Below, one piece after another: positions 1 to 8,718 of a DNA stretch of 64,000 bases (position 1 is the first letter of the stretch; each line of letters begins with the position of its first letter). The notes under the pieces were generated by a model. The model was not told where the DNA came from, did not search any database, and was given only the letters and a program-made list of their open reading frames with translations. The position numbers were made by a program, and so were the translations under genes. The stretch comes from an uncultured Gammaproteobacteria bacterium (GTDB taxonomy: Bacteria > Patescibacteriota > Microgenomatia > UBA12405). Where the stretch lies: positions 17,583 to 81,582 of the forward strand of contig CAZCYZ010000001.1 of NCBI GenBank assembly GCA_964503465.1, read 5' to 3'.

Positions 1-951
1 ATTTCCACCAGTATTAAAAAAGACCCCGTTGACGCTGTTTTCAAATTCGAAAACAATCAGGTTCTCGATTTTCAATCCGCTCAGAATGGTTACACCATTA
101 TTGTAGATCAAACCAATCTTGATCTCTGTCAGTCTTTGGGTAAACTTATCGATTCTCCCGACAAAACCCTGTCCATTACTCTCCCTTTAAGTTTTACCCC
201 TCCAAAAATCACCAACTCCGATGTTAATAGTCTTGGAATCAAGGAGCTTCTTGGTCGTGGTACTAGCAGTTTTTCTCACAGCACCGCCATTCGTAATTTT
301 AATGTCGAAAAAGGTGCCTCAATTGTCAATCGTCTTCTTGTCGCTCCTGGTGACGAGTTCTCTTTCCTTAAGGCCCTGGGAGATGTTACTCTCGAAGCAG
401 GATATAAGAAAGCCTATGTCATCAAAAAAGGTAAAACCGAACTTGATGTTGGCGGTGGAATTTGTCAGGTTTCGACTACTTTCTTTCGTGCCATTCTCAA
501 TGCCGGTCTCGATATCACTCAACGCAAAGCTCATGCTTATCGGGTTCAGTATTATGAAGAAGATACCAAACCTGGTTTTGATGCCACTGTATTCATTCCC
601 AGCCCCGACTTAAGATTTATCAACGATACTGGTCATTATCTTCTTATTCAAAGCCAATATGATGGCAAAAATAAAAAATTGGCCTATGAAATTTATGGCA
701 CCTCCGATGGTCGTACTGTTGAAGTTAGTAATTATCGCCAATGGGATTACGCCCCTCCTCCTCCGGATATTTACATCGACGATCCAACTCTTCCCCCCGG
801 TAAGGTAGTTAAGGACGAATCTCGTATTCCCGGTCTCAAGACTTCATTTGATTGGAAAGTTAGTCGCAATGGTGAAACCATTCATCAAAAAAGTTTTGTC
901 AGTAACTACGTCCCTTGGGCTGCCGTCTACCGACGAGGCCCATCGCTATAA
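1..951 (+). CDS. VanW-family protein (5'-truncated by the window edge)
   Basis: Frame is open from base 1. VanW motifs GGGICQVSTT, RKAHAYRVQYY and DATV..PDLRFIN are present. Confidence 0.85.
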   Translation: MSTSIKKDPVDAVFKFENNQVLDFQSAQNGYTIIVDQTNLDLCQSLGKLIDSPDKTLSITLPLSFTPPKITNSDVNSLGIKELLGRGTSSFSHSTAIRNFNVEKGASIVNRLLVAPGDEFSFLKALGDVTLEAGYKKAYVIKKGKTELDVGGGICQVSTTFFRAILNAGLDITQRKAHAYRVQYYEEDTKPGFDATVFIPSPDLRFINDTGHYLLIQSQYDGKNKKLAYEIYGTSDGRTVEVSNYRQWDYAPPPPDIYIDDPTLPPGKVVKDESRIPGLKTSFDWKVSRNGETIHQKSFVSNYVPWAAVYRRGPSL

Positions 952-2025
952 TTCTGCTCTCGGGTCCCTGTCTAATTTTCCAATATTTCCTACATATTCT
1001 TCTCTCATTGCCTTGTAGTATCCCGCCACTCCAATCATCGCCGCATTGTCGGTGTTTAGCCATTTTTTTACTGGCATATAAATTGGCAATTCCATCTCCC
1101 TAGCTAATCTTCTCAATTTTCTTCTCAAATCCAAATTAGCCATCACTCCGCCACAAGCCAACAAACTTTTTGGTTTATATCCCTTAACTGCTAATTTATA
1201 TTTCCGTAATAATTGCTCAAACACCGCCTCCTGAAAACTGGCCGCCAAATTTTCTAAATTTTTGCCAATCTTATCTTTTGGCCAATCTTTGATTTGGTAA
1301 TAAAATGATGTCTTCAGCCCCGAAAAACTATAATCCAATGTTTTTTTGTCAGCCATTGGGTGGGGGAGAGGCAAAAAATTTTTGTCTCCTGTCAATGCCA
1401 ACCTCTCAATCACTGGACCGCCCGGGTATCCCAACCCCAGCAATTTACTCGCCTTGTCCAATGCCTCACCCGCCGCGTCATCCAATGTCTCCCCAACCAC
1501 TTCATATTCGCCAACTTTTCCCATCAAAATAATTTTGGTATGACCCCCAGACACCGTCAACACTAGTCCTGGTAGGTCTATTTTTCTCTCCGGCAAACCC
1601 TTAGAATTTTTTACCCAATTACTCAATATATGCCCTTCTATGTGGTTAACCGCTACTAATTTTTTATTATATTTAATCGCCAGTTTTTTGGCTGTATCCA
1701 CTCCCACTCCCAATGCCGGCGCTAATCCCGGTCCTACCGTCACCGCAACCACATCGACACCCATCATTAAAAAATCCAATTCCCCTCCTTTTCTCAAGGG
1801 AGGGGTTAGGGGTGGGTTTTGTCTTATTTTTGATCTTTTTAGTGCTTCCAATATCACTGGCATAATTCTTTCGCTATGGGCTCGCTTGGCCAAGTCAGGT
1901 ACCACCCCTCCCCACTTTTTGTGTAAATCAATCTGTGACGATATTACTGATGACCACAATCGGTCATTGTTCAACACCGCCGCCGCGGTATCATCGCAAC
2001 TCGTTTCTATTGCCAAAATTCGCAC
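946..2025 (-). CDS. tsaD: tRNA N6-adenosine threonylcarbamoyltransferase TsaD
   Basis: Motifs LAIETSCDDT, GPGL, NHIEGH, SGGHT, DDAAGEA, GYPGGP and DNAAMI. Carries an inserted repeat-derived peptide. Confidence 0.95.
   Translation of the reverse strand: MRILAIETSCDDTAAAVLNNDRLWSSVISSQIDLHKKWGGVVPDLAKRAHSERIMPVILEALKRSKIRQNPPLTPPLRKGGELDFLMMGVDVVAVTVGPGLAPALGVGVDTAKKLAIKYNKKLVAVNHIEGHILSNWVKNSKGLPERKIDLPGLVLTVSGGHTKIILMGKVGEYEVVGETLDDAAGEALDKASKLLGLGYPGGPVIERLALTGDKNFLPLPHPMADKKTLDYSFSGLKTSFYYQIKDWPKDKIGKNLENLAASFQEAVFEQLLRKYKLAVKGYKPKSLLACGGVMANLDLRRKLRRLAREMELPIYMPVKKWLNTDNAAMIGVAGYYKAMREEYVGNIGKLDRDPRAEL
1780..1817. repeat. small hairpin repeat, in-frame in tsaD
   Basis: TTCCCCTCCTTTTCTCAAGGGAGGGGTTAGGGGTGGG, encoding PPLTPPLRKGGE on the minus strand. 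Confidence 0.75.
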
Positions 2026-2089
2026 TGCTGTATTATCTCAATAAAGTAAAAAAATACCATCATTCCCCAGTTTGTGGTATTTTTAAAGT

Positions 2090-2677
2090 ATGAAATCCTC
2101 CTCCCAAAGTTACCTTTATTTAATTTTTGCCATCGTTCTTCTTACTATTTCCATTATCGGTGTCATCAGTCTTTATCGTCGTTCGTCTTCGCCATCAGTT
2201 GCCGCTCCAACTCCCACGTCCTCACCGCGTGGCTATCCTTCGCCCAGTTACGATTTTGAAACTGCTTCTGTTTCCCCCACCATTACCTCCGGTCTTTCCA
2301 TGGACGAAATTGAACCCACCCCCACCCACCAGCAATACACTGGCGATACTTTTCAGCTCAAATACCCTTCTTATCGAAAATTAACCATCGAAAATGAAAC
2401 CAGTGGCAAACGTTATGTTTTCTACTCCAATATTGGCAATATCACTCTTCATTCTGGTTCTGCCTGGTCCTGGACCCACCCCAGCCGTCAATTTAGCTCT
2501 ACTCTGCTTGTTGCCGATCAGCCAACTTTCCGCTATGACACTGCCACTCAAACTATCATCGATTTTCAACAAGGCGATCAACTGTTTACTATCCAATGCG
2601 TTCATAACGGTAAACCTACCCTCAAAACCGAATGTGACCAGTTTGTGGCTAGTTTTCAGTTCTCAAACAAAAACTGA
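2090..2677 (+). CDS. hypothetical protein with N-terminal membrane anchor (PsbP-like C-terminal domain possible)
   Basis: One TM helix, a Pro/Ser/Thr linker, FQLKYP and a terminal FVASFQF. Confidence 0.6.
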   Translation: MKSSSQSYLYLIFAIVLLTISIIGVISLYRRSSSPSVAAPTPTSSPRGYPSPSYDFETASVSPTITSGLSMDEIEPTPTHQQYTGDTFQLKYPSYRKLTIENETSGKRYVFYSNIGNITLHSGSAWSWTHPSRQFSSTLLVADQPTFRYDTATQTIIDFQQGDQLFTIQCVHNGKPTLKTECDQFVASFQFSNKN

Positions 2678-3773
2678 TCTTTCTTGTCTGTTCGTCCACA
2701 TACTCAAAATTCACTGCTACGTATTTAACCTTCTTTTTTAACTGCGCCAGGTATTTCCTTCCCATATTTTCCGGCCATTCAATACACGCCACCGTCTTTT
2801 CTCCAAACTGTCCCAAAAAATTTATTTCTTCCAATTCTCTCTCGCTCGAGATTCGATACAAATCAAAATGCAAAAACTTCAACAATTCCCCTTGCCCTGT
2901 CAAGGGAAAGGGGTTAGGGGTTAGGGTTTTATATTCATTAAAAATCACAAAAGTCGGACTGACAATCTTCTCTTTTACTCCTAGCATTTTCCCCAGCCCT
3001 CTAGCAAACACCGTTTTACCGCACCCCAAGTCCCCACTCAACCCAAAAACTAACGGTTTAACTTGTGTCCTGTCAAGGGAAAGGTGGTACGAAGTACCAA
3101 AGGGTTTCTTTAATAAGAAACCCGCCACCTTTTCCGTCTCTCTTACCGACTTTGATATCAAGCTTTTACTATCCCCAGTTGTCAAATCTCCTCGTCTTAA
3201 CACCTCTATTTCTGGCTTGGTCGTATCAATTACCGTTGATGGTTTGTTTCTTGAAAGTTTGCCCACATCAACTATCAAGTCAATCATCCCTCTCTTCTTT
3301 TTTGACAAAGTTCTTAGAAAACTTTTTATCGAATAATGCGGTGTTCTACCTGATAGGTTAGCCGAAGTTGCCGTTATTGGCCCATCTAATACCCCAACCA
3401 AATCACTAATATATTTATTGTCCGGAATTCGTATCCCCAATGTTCCATTTTCTGCTTCTATTCCTTTGGTTACTCGGTGTTTTCCCTTCGATACTACCGT
3501 AAACGGACCAGGTAATAAATTCTTGTATATTTGTTCTGCACTTTCGGACAGCTCAACAAATTCTTGAGCCATCTTTTTATCCGCCACTGCTATCGATATC
3601 GCCTTTCCCGTCCACCTGTTTTTAAATGCCAACAGTTTATCAACTGCCAATTTATTAGTCGGGTCAACTGCCAATATATACACCGTGTCACTTGGGTACA
3701 CCACCAATCCACCGTCTTTAATCACCCTCATTGCCTGCTGAATATTTTCGTCCATTGTTTCCGATTTTACCAT
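2649..3773 (-). CDS. tsaC-tsaE: TsaC/Sua5 (YrdC domain) fused to TsaE ATPase
   Basis: N-terminal YPSDTVY, PGPFT, GIRIP, TSANLSG and PSTVID. C-terminal GDLGCGKT, SPTF, HFDLYR and IEWP. Confidence 0.9.
   Translation of the reverse strand: MVKSETMDENIQQAMRVIKDGGLVVYPSDTVYILAVDPTNKLAVDKLLAFKNRWTGKAISIAVADKKMAQEFVELSESAEQIYKNLLPGPFTVVSKGKHRVTKGIEAENGTLGIRIPDNKYISDLVGVLDGPITATSANLSGRTPHYSIKSFLRTLSKKKRGMIDLIVDVGKLSRNKPSTVIDTTKPEIEVLRRGDLTTGDSKSLISKSVRETEKVAGFLLKKPFGTSYHLSLDRTQVKPLVFGLSGDLGCGKTVFARGLGKMLGVKEKIVSPTFVIFNEYKTLTPNPFPLTGQGELLKFLHFDLYRISSERELEEINFLGQFGEKTVACIEWPENMGRKYLAQLKKKVKYVAVNFEYVDEQTRKISFCLRTEN
2886..2926. repeat. small hairpin repeat, in-frame in the TsaE domain
   Basis: TTCCCCTTGCCCTGTCAAGGGAAAGGGGTTAGGGGTTAGGG. 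Confidence 0.75.
3068..3106. repeat. small hairpin repeat variant, in-frame in the TsaE domain
   Basis: TCCTGTCAAGGGAAAGGTGGTACGAAGTACCAAAGGG, with an internal GGTAC-GAA-GTACC hairpin. Confidence 0.7.
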
Positions 3774-3787
3774 GCTAAAATCATTTT

Positions 3788-4228
3788 ATGAGGCGGGTAC
3801 TTCTTGTTGTTTTAACTCTAATTCTCGGTCTTAACCTTTATTTCCATTTTTTTATTTCCGATCCAATTACCCGGGCCAAAATTCGCACCCTTTCCTTATC
3901 TCGTGGTGATCGCTACTACTACACTCTTCACCTCTGGTATCTTCTCACTGATATCGGTGATTGGGATTCAGCCTCCAAGCTCGAAATTTTTCTGGATCCA
4001 GCCGACACCGCTTATAATTTAGCCCAAAACTCTCCTTCCGCTCTCAAGAAACGTCTTAACAATCTCACTGCCAAGTCCGATAAAAGTGTCGAGGATTGGA
4101 TCGAATTGGCCCAAGTTCAAATTCGTCTAGGGAAAACTGTCCCCGCCATCAACTCACTTACCCAAGCCCAAACTCTCGATCCGATTCGTGACGACATCAG
4201 CAAAATGTTATCCGAGCTTCGTCGTTAA
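3788..4228 (+). CDS. membrane-anchored TPR-like protein
   Basis: N-terminal TM helix and a C-terminal TPR-like segment (W..LA....LG...A...L..A..LDP). Confidence 0.65.
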   Translation: MRRVLLVVLTLILGLNLYFHFFISDPITRAKIRTLSLSRGDRYYYTLHLWYLLTDIGDWDSASKLEIFLDPADTAYNLAQNSPSALKKRLNNLTAKSDKSVEDWIELAQVQIRLGKTVPAINSLTQAQTLDPIRDDISKMLSELRR

Positions 4229-4908
4229 CTTTCCTTCTTCTCTTCTTCGGGGGGTTTTTCTCCCTCTGTGGCTTCAGCGGAGTCAGGGGCTTTCTGTTCT
4301 GTTGCTGGTACATCGCCCGGAGCCACTGTTGGTTCTTCAATTACTTCTTCCTTTGGTTCTTCCAGTTTTACCACCACCTGATCGGCTGCGGTTTTTATTT
4401 CTACCCTACTCTTATCTACCACCAAATCTGCCACCGTTACTTGTTGATCCAAGTTTTCCAACTTCGAAATATCCACCTCGATTTTTTCGGGAAGATCAGC
4501 CGGCAAAGCTTCCACTTCTACTTCTTCGGTCACCTCAATTAGTACATTTCCCGCTTTTACTGCTGGTGACTCACCCACAAACTCAATTGGCACTGTCGCT
4601 GTAATCTTTTCTTTCAGGTTTACTTTATAACCATCAATGTGAATTAAGTTACCTTCCACTGGATGATACTGGGGATTTCGAAATAATACCGGATAAGTTT
4701 TTCCATCAACCTCCAAGTCAACTAATCCCGATTCTCCTACTTCGTCAAAAACTTTATTCAACTCTTTAGTGTCTACCTGAATCGACAAAGCCTTAAAGTC
4801 GTTGCCATACACTGTTGCCGGCGTAATCCCTGCTGTTCGCAAGTGCTTTACTTTTTTCCCCAGCACGTTTCTAACTTCAGCTTTAAGTTTTGGATTTATT
4901 TTTGCCAT
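4225..4908 (-). CDS. rplY: 50S ribosomal protein L25/Ctc
   Basis: LRTAGITPATVYG, QYHPV...HID, Ctc domain and acidic tail. Confidence 0.95.
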   Translation of the reverse strand: MAKINPKLKAEVRNVLGKKVKHLRTAGITPATVYGNDFKALSIQVDTKELNKVFDEVGESGLVDLEVDGKTYPVLFRNPQYHPVEGNLIHIDGYKVNLKEKITATVPIEFVGESPAVKAGNVLIEVTEEVEVEALPADLPEKIEVDISKLENLDQQVTVADLVVDKSRVEIKTAADQVVVKLEEPKEEVIEEPTVAPGDVPATEQKAPDSAEATEGEKPPEEEKKES

Positions 4909-4962
4909 AATTTTTTTAGTCCACTCCGCCGGCCTTCATTTTCATTACAGCCTTTGGCACCA

Positions 4963-5175
4963 TTAATTGGATGTTAGTATAGCACGAACCAGCAGATTCA
5001 TTCCCTGGTAAATCTGCCTCCATCCCTGTGGCTTACGAGGTTTAGGTGGCTCCCATAGATTCTCCAGAGCTATTTGATTTCGACGATTCTCGTCATCTGT
5101 CGCCACCCCGGGAGGTAAAGCCCTTAATGGATCATATTCCTTCTTTTTATGAAACAAAAAATTCATTAACTCCAA
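4963..5175 (-). CDS. small hypothetical protein
   Basis: ORF fills the intergenic gap; no recognised motif. Confidence 0.4.
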   Translation of the reverse strand: MELMNFLFHKKKEYDPLRALPPGVATDDENRRNQIALENLWEPPKPRKPQGWRQIYQGMNLLVRAILTSN

Positions 5176-5205
5176 TTATATCAATCAATTGCGATATAAT
5201 TATTC

Positions 5206-5577
5206 ATGGCCTCAATCAGCATCAAAACCTCCAAAATTATTACTAAATCAGGCAAAGTTCCTCTCCCCCTGTCCCATCTCATCAAAGACGATAACCAAAA
5301 CGGCCTCCCCGATTTTATTGAAAACAGTATCAAGAACGCTTCCACCGATTCCTCTTTAGATATCGAAATTAATGGCAAAAAGTATACCAATTGGGATCAG
5401 GTTCCACCGGAGGATCGTCTTCAGTTTAAGGATATTATTCCTCCCAAAACTTTAACTCAGCCAGAAGTTACTTCTTCCAACTCTGGCCAACCATTAGTCA
5501 ATATCAGTTTCCGCCGTTTGTTTCTTCTACTTCTGGTCCTTGCCGTTGTTTTATCCCTGGCCGTCCGATATTTCTAG
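5206..5577 (+). CDS. hypothetical protein with C-terminal TM helix
   Basis: TATAAT lies about 5 nt before the ATG. Contains DDNQNGLPD and a C-terminal hydrophobic helix. Confidence 0.6.
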   Translation: MASISIKTSKIITKSGKVPLPLSHLIKDDNQNGLPDFIENSIKNASTDSSLDIEINGKKYTNWDQVPPEDRLQFKDIIPPKTLTQPEVTSSNSGQPLVNISFRRLFLLLLVLAVVLSLAVRYF

Positions 5578-5586
5578 TGTTATACT
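5578..5586 (+). promoter_or_regulatory. extended -10 promoter of the Trp leader (leaderless)
   Basis: TGTTATACT, with the ATG 6 nt downstream. Confidence 0.65.
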
Positions 5587-5592
5587 GCCCTA

Positions 5593-5631
5593 ATGTTTAA
5601 TATCTTCAAAACTTGGTGGCACTTCAACTAG
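5593..5631 (+). CDS. trpL: Trp attenuator leader peptide MFNIFKTWWHFN
   Basis: 12-codon ORF with tandem TGG TGG, upstream of an antiterminator/terminator pair and a trpS-containing operon. Confidence 0.85.
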   Translation: MFNIFKTWWHFN

Positions 5632-5637
5632 CCTCAA

Positions 5638-5692
5638 GCGGGAGATATTAACTGATCAAATAAAGTAACTTGTTTTTTAATACGGCTCCCGC
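5638..5692 (+). promoter_or_regulatory. antiterminator stem of the attenuator
   Basis: GCGGGAG (5638-5644) pairs with CTCCCGC (5686-5692). TATTAA (5646-5651) pairs with TTAATA (5677-5682). Confidence 0.75.
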
Positions 5693-5709
5693 AAGGGAGC
5701 TTTTTGTTT
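5685..5709 (+). terminator. attenuator intrinsic terminator
   Basis: GCTCCC-GCAA-GGGAGC followed by TTTTTGTTT. Confidence 0.85.
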
Positions 5710-5781
5710 GGGAGCGTAGTGCAAGGGTTAGCATACTTGTCCCCAAAACAAGTGATTCGGGTTCAAGCCCCGCCGCTCCTA
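5710..5781 (+). tRNA. atypical tRNA-Trp (CCA)
   Basis: Cloverleaf with anticodon arm CTTGT-CCCCAAA-ACAAG. Deviations: C33, G1:U72, A73 and a U49/C65 mismatch. No encoded CCA end. Confidence 0.75.
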
Positions 5782-5783
5782 CT

Positions 5784-5894
5784 ATGACCAAAGAAAAATT
5801 TATCAAACCAACCGAGTTGGTTGTGCCGTCTACTATGGCGGATTTATTTATTAAGCCTTCTCACCGGAGGTTACTTTGGCCGTCCTATGATTAA
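5784..5894 (+). CDS. putative 36-aa peptide [36 protein letters not shown]
   Basis: ATG starts 2 nt after the tRNA discriminator. The 3' end overlaps the next ATG. FIKP occurs twice. Confidence 0.4.
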   Translation: MTKEKFIKPTELVVPSTMADLFIKPSHRRLLWPSYD

Positions 5895-7245
5895 TCTTTT
5901 TGGCATCACTATCGAGGCTCCATCGGGCAACGATGGTCAGTATTTTGACCATCTTTTAACTACTGTGGCCAAAAAAGATAACGAACGACAACTCTTAAAA
6001 CGCTTTCTTTTGACCAACTCTCGACTTGAAGAAATCACTGCCAGCGCTCAAGAATCAGCCAGCCAGCACTCTGATATCGACCACTTGAAACCCCAGGCCA
6101 TTGAATTTTATTTGTCGCAACTAAAACAAACCGGTCTTTATGAACAGGCGGTTCTTCGGCTTATTAGCCGCGACCACCTTTTTCGATCTGCCCCATATGC
6201 CGCCCAAATTCTTGCCGGAAAGTCTCCAGAATTACCAAATTATTACCCCAGTGATCACAAAAAAGCCGAAATTTTGGTTGTCGGTGCTCTAATTTCAGCC
6301 ATCAGTTTGCCGGAATGTCGCCAGTATCTAGCCCGTCATTTGGTTAAATCGCGGATCCAAGAAATTGCCAAGAATATGTTTTTTGCTATCAACCGTGGTC
6401 TTAACCCAGAACAAGTCACTACCTTCGTCTCAATTATTTACCAGTTGGAGAAAATTCAAGCCGCTCCAACCCTTGGCAATTTAAGAGAAGTTCTGCTTAA
6501 TGCTATTCTCTCCTCGTCTCCGGTGGAACTGGTCCACATCAAAAGTATTCGCTTCACCTATCCTGGCGGATCGAACTTAAGGGTGATCGAGGATACTGCC
6601 CCAGTAGAACAACTTACTGTCGACCAAGGTCATCGACTTTATCCTTCTGAAGAAGTCATTTTTAGCCGTTTGAATGCTGTTGCCTCTATTTTTCGAACGC
6701 ATGGTTTATCAGTTAATACCTCAATTATTGTTTCCGATCATGATCTTCAGTATTGTTTTCCTTCTCAGCAGGGGATTGTTCCGTCGTCAGATGTTTCTCT
6801 CGCCCACCAGTCTGTTAATCGATACATTAGTTACCTTCGACAACATCATCCGGAATGCCAAAACATTTATACCCTAACCGAATATCTCCAGTTGAGCCAT
6901 GCGGTTGATAGGTACGACCAACTATTTTCCATGCTCGTTTTTCAAGGTCATGGTGGGGGTGGTCAACACGTCTCTGAGAAAATATTAGAAATGCGGGTTA
7001 ACAGCCAATTTGAACACTATCGAGACATGTTTGGTCCAGGTTATACTCGAGAATTGGCCCGTTTTACCGCCATCAGACAAATTGCCAATGTTCTTGCCCT
7101 ATCGGCTGTCTTTGAAACATTTCCAACTATTCCAATCTTAGTTATTGATTCTCGCGGTTTTGAAGATCAACTCATTGGTGGCTATAACCCCAAATCAGTA
7201 GCCAAGTTCTTTACCAAACTCAAAGATCCGGTGGTTAAATGTTAA
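5887..7245 (+). CDS. hypothetical protein; C-terminal half resembles a HUP/Rossmann-like fold (PvcA/CDPS/class I aaRS-like topology)
   Basis: ATG at 5887 preferred as start. Pattern E...SRLN......G...IIVSD and alternating beta/alpha segments. Fold call is inference. Confidence 0.6.
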   Translation: MINLFGITIEAPSGNDGQYFDHLLTTVAKKDNERQLLKRFLLTNSRLEEITASAQESASQHSDIDHLKPQAIEFYLSQLKQTGLYEQAVLRLISRDHLFRSAPYAAQILAGKSPELPNYYPSDHKKAEILVVGALISAISLPECRQYLARHLVKSRIQEIAKNMFFAINRGLNPEQVTTFVSIIYQLEKIQAAPTLGNLREVLLNAILSSSPVELVHIKSIRFTYPGGSNLRVIEDTAPVEQLTVDQGHRLYPSEEVIFSRLNAVASIFRTHGLSVNTSIIVSDHDLQYCFPSQQGIVPSSDVSLAHQSVNRYISYLRQHHPECQNIYTLTEYLQLSHAVDRYDQLFSMLVFQGHGGGGQHVSEKILEMRVNSQFEHYRDMFGPGYTRELARFTAIRQIANVLALSAVFETFPTIPILVIDSRGFEDQLIGGYNPKSVAKFFTKLKDPVVKC

Positions 7246-7261
7246 AATCAATTCAACCAAT

Positions 7262-8713
7262 ATGCCCGAACCAATAGTCGAAAGATATAATCAGGAGCTC
7301 ATTCAGCTTGGGATTGAGTTTAAAAACCTCGAACATCCTCCCATCAAGGAAGTCTTTGACTGTATGCGTTTTCTTGGTCTTCCTATTTCCGAAGGTTTTT
7401 CCACCTTAGTTATGAAGGCCGACAATCGTTATGTTGCTATCATTCGTCGCGACGATTGTCAGCTTAATATTAACCGAGCTTGCCAGGTTGTTGGTTGCAC
7501 CAAATTAACTCTTGCCTCGCCTGATGAGTTTGAAAAACTCACCCATCTTCCCTCTGGCGCCGCCCATATTCTGACTGGTCTACCCACTTATCTCGACCAA
7601 AAACTTTTTGACAAAGAATATTTAATTGGTGGCTCCGGTAGTCTTTCAATTAGTAACCGCTATCGCTCCGCCGACCTCAAAAAAATTCCCAACTCCCAAA
7701 TTGTCGACATTACCACCATCAAACAAAAGCTTCGTATTCTTACTGGTGACCGCCCTACCGGACCACTTCACTTGGGTCATTACGTTGGCACCCTTGCCAA
7801 CCGTGTTCGTCTTCAGGACCAATATGATTGTTTCTTTATCATGGCTGATCTCCACACCTTGACTACCGATTTTTCCAAAGCCAAAACTTCAACCATCAAC
7901 GATCGGGTTAGGGGATTGGTTCTCGACTATTTATCTGTCGGTATTGATCCTCGAAAATCCGTTATCTATCAGCAGTCTCGCGTCCCCGAAGTTACTTACT
8001 TATCAACTCTTTTTACTAATCTCATTACTGTCCCTCGAGCTCTACGTGTTCCTACCCTCAAAGATGTCATGCACGACCTTCACATCGAGCAGCCAAGTTT
8101 GGGACTTCTCAACTATCCAGTTTTACAGGCAGCTGACATTTTAATGGTCAAAGCCAGCCTTGTTCCAGTTGGCAAAGATCAGCAAAGTCATGTCGAAGTC
8201 ACTCGTGAGATCGCCCGTGATTTCAATAAAGCTTATGGTGAAGTTTTCCCTATCCCTGAAGCCATGATTGGTGATGTTGGCACCTTGGTTGGCACTGATG
8301 GCCAAGCCAAGATGAGTAAAAGTATTGGTAATTGTATTTATCTCTCTGACACCGCCGATACAGTTACCAAAAAAGTCATGAGCATGTATACCGACCCCAC
8401 CCGTATTCGTCCAACCGATCCTGGTCACGTCGAAGGCAATCCAGTTTTTATTTATCACGACGCTTTTAATCCAAACAAGGGGGAGGTGGCCGAACTCAAA
8501 AGTCGTTACCAAAAGGGGACTGTTGGTGATGTTGAGGTCAAGCAAAAACTTGCCATTGCCATCAATCAATTTCTAGATCCTATTCGTGTTCGTCGTGCCG
8601 AATACGAAAGCAAAACTGATCTTTTGGATCAGATCATTGATGATGGTTCTACTCGTGCTCACCTTGAAGCTCAAAAAACACTTGCAGAAGTTCTAAAGGC
8701 CATGGGGATTTAA
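7262..8713 (+). CDS. trpS: tryptophanyl-tRNA synthetase with N-terminal YbaK/ProX-like domain
   Basis: [13 protein letters not shown] (HIGH), [17 protein letters not shown] and KMSKS. The first ~150 aa are YbaK-like. Confidence 0.93.
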   Translation: MPEPIVERYNQELIQLGIEFKNLEHPPIKEVFDCMRFLGLPISEGFSTLVMKADNRYVAIIRRDDCQLNINRACQVVGCTKLTLASPDEFEKLTHLPSGAAHILTGLPTYLDQKLFDKEYLIGGSGSLSISNRYRSADLKKIPNSQIVDITTIKQKLRILTGDRPTGPLHLGHYVGTLANRVRLQDQYDCFFIMADLHTLTTDFSKAKTSTINDRVRGLVLDYLSVGIDPRKSVIYQQSRVPEVTYLSTLFTNLITVPRALRVPTLKDVMHDLHIEQPSLGLLNYPVLQAADILMVKASLVPVGKDQQSHVEVTREIARDFNKAYGEVFPIPEAMIGDVGTLVGTDGQAKMSKSIGNCIYLSDTADTVTKKVMSMYTDPTRIRPTDPGHVEGNPVFIYHDAFNPNKGEVAELKSRYQKGTVGDVEVKQKLAIAINQFLDPIRVRRAEYESKTDLLDQIIDDGSTRAHLEAQKTLAEVLKAMGI

Positions 8714-8718
8714 TCTCA

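Noticed and set aside
5670-5783. 5' part of the 74-aa ORF 5670-5894
   Set aside because: It runs through the terminator and the tRNA. Only the portion from ATG 5784 is plausible.
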